In this document: in pieces, positions 27,249-32,000 of the stretch
Numbering within the stretch: position 1 is the stretch's first letter
Layout: each line of letters starts with the position of its first letter
Assembly: GCA_942493105.1 (NCBI GenBank)
Contig: OW818668.1
Span: 1,500,001-1,532,000, forward strand
DNA: 32,000 nucleotides
Direction of reading: 5' to 3'
Source: an uncultured Erysipelotrichaceae bacterium
GTDB taxonomy: Bacteria > Bacillota_I > Bacilli_A > Erysipelotrichales > Erysipelotrichaceae
Notes under the pieces: model-generated
Told to the model about the DNA's origin: nothing
Database searches by the model: none
The model's input: only the letters and a program-made list of their open reading frames with translations
Made by a program: the position numbers and the translations under genes

Positions 27249-27272
27249 AAGGGCACATTTTGTGTCCTTTTA
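27249..27272 (+). terminator. terminator-like hairpin after tsf
   Basis: Stem aagggcaca/tgtgtcctt (9 bp, one G-U pair) with loop ttt, followed by tta. Confidence 0.45.
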
Positions 27273-27285
27273 TAAGGAGAACCCA

Positions 27286-28002
27286 ATGTATAAAAGAGTC
27301 CTACTTAAGTTGAGCGGTGAAGCCTTAGCAGGCCAACAAAACGGTCTTAATCCAGCTGTTTTGGTTGGGATTGCTGAAGAAGTCAAGGAAATTACAGCAA
27401 TGGGTGTCCAAGTCGCCATTGTTGTTGGCGGAGGAAATTTTATCCGTGGAAAATTTGCAGAACAGATGGGCATAGATCGTATCCAAGCGGATTACATGGG
27501 GATGCTTGGAACTGTAATCAATGCGATCGCTATTCAAGGTGTATTTGAGAAAAACGGAATTGAAACCCGTATTCAAACAGCCATCGAAATGAGTAAAATC
27601 GCTGAGCCCTTTATTGTGAGAAGAGCAATTCGTCATCTTGAGAAGGGAAGAGTTGTCATTTTTGCAGCAGGTACTGGTAGTCCATATTTCTCGACAGATA
27701 CTACTGCTGCCTTAAGGGCATCAGAAATCAAAGCTGATGTCATTCTAATGGCTAAAAATGGAACCGATGGCGTCTATAATGATGACCCAAATAAGAATAA
27801 AAATGCCGTTAAATATGCTCGTTTGAGTTATAATGAAATCATAAGAAATAACTTGAATGTTATGGATCAAACAGCCATTGCTATGTGTAAAGACAATGGA
27901 CTGGACTTGATCGTATTCTCTATGAATGAGAAAGGCAATATCAAGAAGGCTGTGCTTGGAGAAACCATTGGCACAATCATTTCTAAGGAGGACAAACAAT
28001 GA
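27286..28002 (+). CDS. pyrH: UMP kinase
   Basis: MYKRVLLKLSGEALAG, VVGGGNFIRG, DYMGMLGTVINA, FAAGTGSPYFSTDT. AGGAGA SD is present. The ORF-track start at 27232 runs through the tsf terminator hairpin. Confidence 0.92.
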   Translation: MYKRVLLKLSGEALAGQQNGLNPAVLVGIAEEVKEITAMGVQVAIVVGGGNFIRGKFAEQMGIDRIQADYMGMLGTVINAIAIQGVFEKNGIETRIQTAIEMSKIAEPFIVRRAIRHLEKGRVVIFAAGTGSPYFSTDTTAALRASEIKADVILMAKNGTDGVYNDDPNKNKNAVKYARLSYNEIIRNNLNVMDQTAIAMCKDNGLDLIVFSMNEKGNIKKAVLGETIGTIISKEDKQ

Positions 28003-28544
28003 AACAACATTTAGACAAAGCAGCAGTTGAGATGAAGAAGGTAATCGAAAAATTCGAACATCACTTAAGTACAGTGCGTACTGGACGAGCAAATCCTAAG
28101 CAACTTGAAGATATTCATGTTGATTATTATGGATCACCAACCCCATTAAGCCAAGTAGGAAGTATTCAAGTCGTTGAAGGCAGACAATTGGTGATTAAAC
28201 CATATGATCCAAGTCTTTTAAAACTTATTGAACACGCCATTCAGGCTGCTAATTTGGGAATGAATCCTATGAATGATGGCTCTGTCGTAAGAATTAATGT
28301 ACCTGCTTTGACAGAACAAACTCGTAAAGAAATCACCAAAGTTGTTGAAAAACATGCTGAAGAAGCTAAAGTTTCAATTCGTAATGTGAGAAGAGACATT
28401 AATGATGCCATCAAAAAAGATGATACATTGACAGAAGATCGTGAAAAAGATGCTTTAGAAAAAATTCAGAAATTGACAGACGAACATATTAAGAAAATTG
28501 AAAACATTGTTAAGGACAAAGAAAAAGACATCATGACAGTATAG
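27999..28544 (+). CDS. frr: ribosome recycling factor
   Basis: TVRTGRANP, VRINVPALTEQTRKE, IRNVRRD. Length is 181 aa. There is an ATGA overlap with pyrH. Confidence 0.93.
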   Translation: MKQHLDKAAVEMKKVIEKFEHHLSTVRTGRANPKQLEDIHVDYYGSPTPLSQVGSIQVVEGRQLVIKPYDPSLLKLIEHAIQAANLGMNPMNDGSVVRINVPALTEQTRKEITKVVEKHAEEAKVSIRNVRRDINDAIKKDDTLTEDREKDALEKIQKLTDEHIKKIENIVKDKEKDIMTV

Positions 28545-28568
28545 CTCACTTCAAGTGAGCTTCTTTCT
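28542..28568 (+). terminator. terminator-like hairpin after frr
   Basis: Stem agctcac/gtgagct with loop ttcaa, followed by the U-rich tctttctt. It overlaps the frr stop. Confidence 0.45.
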
Positions 28569-28579
28569 TAAGGAGAAAT

Positions 28580-29281
28580 ATGACCGCAAAACTGAAGCAT
28601 GTCGCCATCATCATGGATGGCAATGGCCGCTGGGCTAAAAAACAAGCCAAAGATCGTACTTTCGGTCATTTTCATGGTGTTGAAAAAGTTCGTGAAATTG
28701 CAATAACAGCCAACGAGGAAAAAATTGAAGTACTGACTTTATATGCTTTTTCTACTGAGAACTGGAAAAGACCAATTCAAGAAGTGGATTATCTTATGCA
28801 ATTACCTTCCATGTTTTTTAGTAAATATTTAAAGGAATTAATGGATAAAAACATTCGAATTGAATCCATAGGAGATTTGACACCTTTTCCAGAGAATACA
28901 AAACGTGTTTTACTCAATGCCATTAAGGAAACTTCGCATAACACTGGAATGGTGCTTGTGTTTGCGATGAATTATGGAAGCCGAACAGAAATTGTTGAGG
29001 CAGCTAAGAAATATCATTTGGCTGTTGTTTCTGGAAAAATGACAGAACCATTAACTGAAATTAATTTTGAACAGTTCTTGATGACTAAGGATTATCCACC
29101 TGTTGATTTGTGCATTCGTACCTCAGGTGAACAACGTCTTTCTAATTTCTTGATGTGGCAATTGGCTTATTCAGAATTGATATTTACTGAAACTGCTTGG
29201 CCCGAATTAAGTATTACTGAATTCAAACAACTTTTGGATGTAGGTACTAAAAGGGAACGTCGTTTTGGGGGTCTATTATGA
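28580..29281 (+). CDS. uppS: undecaprenyl-diphosphate synthase (cis-isoprenyl transferase)
   Basis: HVAIIMDGNGRWA, LYAFSTENWKRP, IRTSGEQRLSNFLMWQLAYSE. AAGGAGA SD is present. Confidence 0.9.
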   Translation: MTAKLKHVAIIMDGNGRWAKKQAKDRTFGHFHGVEKVREIAITANEEKIEVLTLYAFSTENWKRPIQEVDYLMQLPSMFFSKYLKELMDKNIRIESIGDLTPFPENTKRVLLNAIKETSHNTGMVLVFAMNYGSRTEIVEAAKKYHLAVVSGKMTEPLTEINFEQFLMTKDYPPVDLCIRTSGEQRLSNFLMWQLAYSELIFTETAWPELSITEFKQLLDVGTKRERRFGGLL

Positions 29282-30048
29282 AACAACGTATCATCACGGG
29301 ACTGCTGATTGCGGGAGTTGTGTTGGCTACCTTTATTTCTGGAGGATTCATTAGAGACATCATCATATATGCCTTTGTATTGGTAGGAGTCTATGAAACA
29401 TATGCCATAAAGGAAAAAGAGTGGCCAAGATGGTTGTTTATCTTGCTTATTTTTGTCGTTTTAGGATTATCTAGAGTTTCTGATCAGTTTTTACTTGTTT
29501 GTTTGTTAGGTTTAATAATGTTTTTCTATTTGATTTCAATTATGAATCCATGGTTTTCACCTACTGATTTAGGTTATATTTTGACGATGATTTTGATGTT
29601 TGCAGGAACAATGAAATCAATATTTATTGTATTTGATGACTATGGTGTCAATATGATGATATTCCTTCTAATATCTACTTATGCGACGGATACCGGAGCT
29701 TACTTTAGTGGTTTCTATTTTGGAAAGACAAAGTTGAATGAACGAATTTCCCCAAAGAAAACAGTAGAGGGATCCATTGGTGGTTGGTTAATTGGTGCTT
29801 TTTCAGGATTTGTCTTTGCGTATTTTATGGTTAAAGGTTTTGATTTTTGGATCATCGTTATCATGTCTATTGTGTTTCCCATTATAGGTCAAATTGGTGA
29901 TCTAGCGTTTAGTGACATAAAACGTCATTTTAAGATCAAAGATTTCGGAAGTATTTTCCCGGCCCATGGAGGTGTCCTAGATCGTATAGACAGTTTGGTA
30001 TTCAATCTTTTGTTTTTTTACATATTTATTACACTGCTGGCGATATAA
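29278..30048 (+). CDS. cdsA: phosphatidate cytidylyltransferase
   Basis: Polytopic membrane protein with ISPKKTVEGSIGG and the C-terminal GHGGVLDRIDS signature. There is an ATGA overlap with uppS. Confidence 0.85.
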   Translation: MKQRIITGLLIAGVVLATFISGGFIRDIIIYAFVLVGVYETYAIKEKEWPRWLFILLIFVVLGLSRVSDQFLLVCLLGLIMFFYLISIMNPWFSPTDLGYILTMILMFAGTMKSIFIVFDDYGVNMMIFLLISTYATDTGAYFSGFYFGKTKLNERISPKKTVEGSIGGWLIGAFSGFVFAYFMVKGFDFWIIVIMSIVFPIIGQIGDLAFSDIKRHFKIKDFGSIFPAHGGVLDRIDSLVFNLLFFYIFITLLAI

Positions 30049-30107
30049 CTCATTTTTAGCTACTATGTCAGAAAGAATCTGATTAAAAGTAAAGATCTAT
30101 CATCTTA

Positions 30108-30137
30108 ATGTCAACTTACGTTTTTTTATCATATACT
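30108..30137 (+). promoter_or_regulatory. candidate promoter of rseP
   Basis: ATGTCA (30108-30113), 18 nt spacer, TATACT (30132-30137). AAGGAG SD precedes the ATG at 30163. Confidence 0.35.
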
Positions 30138-30162
30138 GATTCGGTATAAACAAGGAGTAACC

Positions 30163-31203
30163 ATGTCAATTCTATATACATTGATCATATTGAGTATCAT
30201 TATTACCATCCATGAATTAGGTCATCTAGCCAGTGCTAAGTTTTTTAAAGTTTACTGTAAAGAATTCTCATTAGGTATGGGACCAAAATTATGGGGATTT
30301 AGAGGAAAAGAAACGACGTATAACCTAAGAATGTTTCCCTTTGGTGGTTTTGTTGCCATGGCAGGGGAAGAGTCAGTTGAAGTCGATGTACCTGTTGAAA
30401 GAACTTTATTGGGTATCGCTAAATACAAACGGATGATCATTATGTTATCTGGGATATTTATGAACTTTGTTTTAGCGTTCACTTTATTTGTTGGGATCAA
30501 TTGGTCATTGGGTTATGTTATAACATCGCCAAAAGCCATCGTTGCAGGTATTGTTGAAAATTCGCCGGCTGAAGCAGCTGGTCTACAAACCAATGACAAG
30601 ATTTTAAAACTTACATTTAATGATGGGACTTCAATTATACCTAAGAACTTTGATGACGTCATAACTTATACTCAGCTATATCACAGTGAAATCAAATTCA
30701 CACTTTTAAGAGGCTCACAAGAAATAGAAATATCAGTGACTCCAATTTACATGGCTGAAACTGAACGTTATTTCTTAGGAGTTATGTTGCCTCCTGCTGA
30801 GAAAGTAAACATTAATCCGATTGAAGGTATAGGATATGCATTCCAGACCATGATAGGGACCATCTACAGCATGTTCTTATTGATTGGTAGATTATTGACT
30901 GGAGTTGGTCTACAGTCTGTCAGTGGACCGCTAGGGATCATAGAGATCACACAGACACAAGCAAGTTATGGATTATTAAACTTGATTTATCTTACAGCAA
31001 TTCTATCTTTAAATGTAGGAGTATTTAATTTGTTACCACTGCCAATATTAGATGGAGGACGTGTATTTATCATTGGAATAGAATTGTTAATAAGAAAACC
31101 ACTTAATAAGCAAGTGGAGTATGCATTAATGTATTTTAGTGCAGCGCTATTGATCTTGTTGATGGTTTTAGCAACCTGGCAAGACTTAGTTAAATTATTC
31201 TAG
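30163..31203 (+). CDS. rseP: site-2 (M50) RIP zinc metalloprotease RseP/RasP, short single-PDZ form
   Basis: HELGH is at residues 17-21. A PDZ-like segment is present (GIVENSPAEAAGLQTNDKIL). The second metal-ligand motif is NLLPLPILDGG. Length is 346 aa. It lies downstream of cdsA as in Firmicutes. Confidence 0.85.
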   Translation: MSILYTLIILSIIITIHELGHLASAKFFKVYCKEFSLGMGPKLWGFRGKETTYNLRMFPFGGFVAMAGEESVEVDVPVERTLLGIAKYKRMIIMLSGIFMNFVLAFTLFVGINWSLGYVITSPKAIVAGIVENSPAEAAGLQTNDKILKLTFNDGTSIIPKNFDDVITYTQLYHSEIKFTLLRGSQEIEISVTPIYMAETERYFLGVMLPPAEKVNINPIEGIGYAFQTMIGTIYSMFLLIGRLLTGVGLQSVSGPLGIIEITQTQASYGLLNLIYLTAILSLNVGVFNLLPLPILDGGRVFIIGIELLIRKPLNKQVEYALMYFSAALLILLMVLATWQDLVKLF

Positions 31204-32000
31204 TCCAGCCAACATTCTTCTTATTTTGACTAAATCGGTCGTACTGATCTTGCCGTCACCATTGACGTCAGCAGCCAGCACGGCTTTTTCATTCATCGTT
31301 TCAAGTCCTGAAATATAGCGTCTTAATTTTACAAGATCGGTAGTAGATACTTTGTTATCATCATTTAAGTCAGCAATTAAATAGAATTCTACTTTGACTA
31401 GAGTATTGGTGGCATAGTAATCTAAGCGCAATGTGCTGGCCGAAGTAAGCAAGTAATCGTTATTAAATTGCCAACGATAAATCCTATATTTTGGTGATAA
31501 ATTAATTTTGAATTCGATAAGATCAGTTGAACTAACTGTTGTACCAGTAATAATTGGAACATCATTTTGAGTGACACTTAATGTACCACCAATTAAGTTG
31601 GTATCAAAATTCAAAGTTATACTCTTAACAATGTTCGAAACCATAACTTCTTTGTTGGAAATATTTCCAACATCATCCGTTGCAACAAAAGTAAATGTAC
31701 CATTATGAGTAAACGTGTATGAATTTACATTTAATGTACCTTCATTGGTTGTTGCATAAACAATAATGTCATTAGGGGTCGTTGTTATTGAGTCAAAAGG
31801 AGTTATTGTAATAATTGGCGGTGTTTTATCTATATGAGTAATCGTCACAGATTTTTCTGTGATATTTCCTGCAGCATCAGTTGCTTTAAAAACATACGTT
31901 CCATTTTGTGTAAATGTGTAGGATGTTAAATCTAGCACGCCTTCATTTGTTAAGGCAATTACAATAACATCTTGATTGGTTGGTAATGTTGGGTAATTTT
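31195..32000 (-). CDS. secreted or surface repeat protein with a C-terminal type-I dockerin; partial, with the 5' end outside the window
   Basis: The minus-strand frame stays open to nt 32000 (...NYPTLPTNQDVIVIALTNEGVLDLTSYTFTQNG...). The ORF-track start at 31938 is an internal GTG. Repeated ~45-aa modules are seen (SYTFTxNGTxxFxATDxxGNIxxKxV). A segment follows that resembles a divergent InlB-B-repeat-like fold (GGTLSVTQND...YRIYRWQFNN). The last 59 aa (31198-31374) contain two EF-hand-like dockerin repeats, DLNDDNKVSTTDLVKLRRYISG and DVNGDGKISTTDLVKIRRMLAG. Confidence 0.75.
   Translation of the reverse strand, partial: NYPTLPTNQDVIVIALTNEGVLDLTSYTFTQNGTYVFKATDAAGNITEKSVTITHIDKTPPIITITPFDSITTTPNDIIVYATTNEGTLNVNSYTFTHNGTFTFVATDDVGNISNKEVMVSNIVKSITLNFDTNLIGGTLSVTQNDVPIITGTTVSSTDLIEFKINLSPKYRIYRWQFNNDYLLTSASTLRLDYYATNTLVKVEFYLIADLNDDNKVSTTDLVKLRRYISGLETMNEKAVLAADVNGDGKISTTDLVKIRRMLAGLE

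Noticed and set aside
27232-27285. ORF-track extension of pyrH overlapping the end of tsf
   Set aside because: It passes through the tsf terminator-like hairpin. The conserved MYKRVLLKLSGE start at 27286 has an AGGAGA SD.
30108-30149. 13-codon mini-ORF (MSTYVFLSYTDSV) in the cdsA-rseP spacer as a leader peptide
   Set aside because: It has no SD, it overlaps the predicted promoter, and there is no associated attenuator structure.
1-32000. Alternative genetic code 4 (Mollicutes), considered because of the streamlined synteny and the extended S2
   Set aside because: TGA terminates conserved proteins at their expected lengths (pepV 629-631, trmB 1257-1259, murC 5050-5052, topA 22939-22941). Conserved Trp positions are TGG.
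1-32000. CRISPR arrays, tRNA or rRNA genes, IS elements, long direct or inverted repeats
   Set aside because: All intergenic gaps are under 250 nt and are accounted for by promoters, leaders and terminators. No regularly spaced repeats or cloverleaf-type sequences were seen by eye. A computational repeat or tRNA scan would be needed to exclude small elements completely.

Overview
AT-rich, standard-code (TGA is a stop) core-chromosome segment of a walled low-GC Bacillota organism. I call 37 CDS. All are on the + strand except rpsD and a partial dockerin-bearing surface-protein gene at the right edge. From my memory of the B. subtilis 168 map, gene content and order follow two conserved blocks. 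Block 1: pepV(ytjP)-trmB-M42 peptidase(ytoP)-...-murC-ytxG-like-ccpA-[Tyr T-box]-tyrS-...-rpsD(-)-ezrA-cysteine desulfurase-thiI. Block 2: ffh-rpsP-KH(ylqC)-rimM-trmD-rplS-lepB-rbgA-rnhB-dprA-topA-trmFO-xerC-rpsB-tsf-pyrH-frr-uppS-cdsA-rseP. Several ORF-track starts are N-terminal over-extensions and I trimmed them to SD-preceded starts that match the conserved N-termini (murC, tyrS, rpsD, rimM, trmD, lepB, rbgA, trmFO, rpsB, pyrH). Regulatory RNA and signal candidates are: a clear tyrosine T-box leader; structured 5' leaders ahead of rpsD, rplS and rpsB; several sigma-A-like promoters (recurrent TATACT -10); and intrinsic terminators. I see no CRISPR array, tRNA or rRNA gene, transposase, prophage, toxin-antitoxin or recognisable defence or biosynthetic cluster. 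I therefore cannot honestly point to a clear novel multi-gene system in this window. The only non-conserved accessory content is three small pieces. (i) A lipoprotein plus an acidic disordered protein wedged in front of murC. (ii) A membrane protein plus a lipoprotein apparently co-transcribed with tyrS behind the T-box. (iii) A repeat-rich surface protein ending in a type-I dockerin, whose 3' end overlaps rseP convergently. Those pieces, a G10 tract in pepV, a ~120-aa tail on ribosomal protein S2 and possible leaderless lipoprotein transcripts are the leads worth checking. All homology calls come from visual motif recognition and recalled reference sequences, not from searches.
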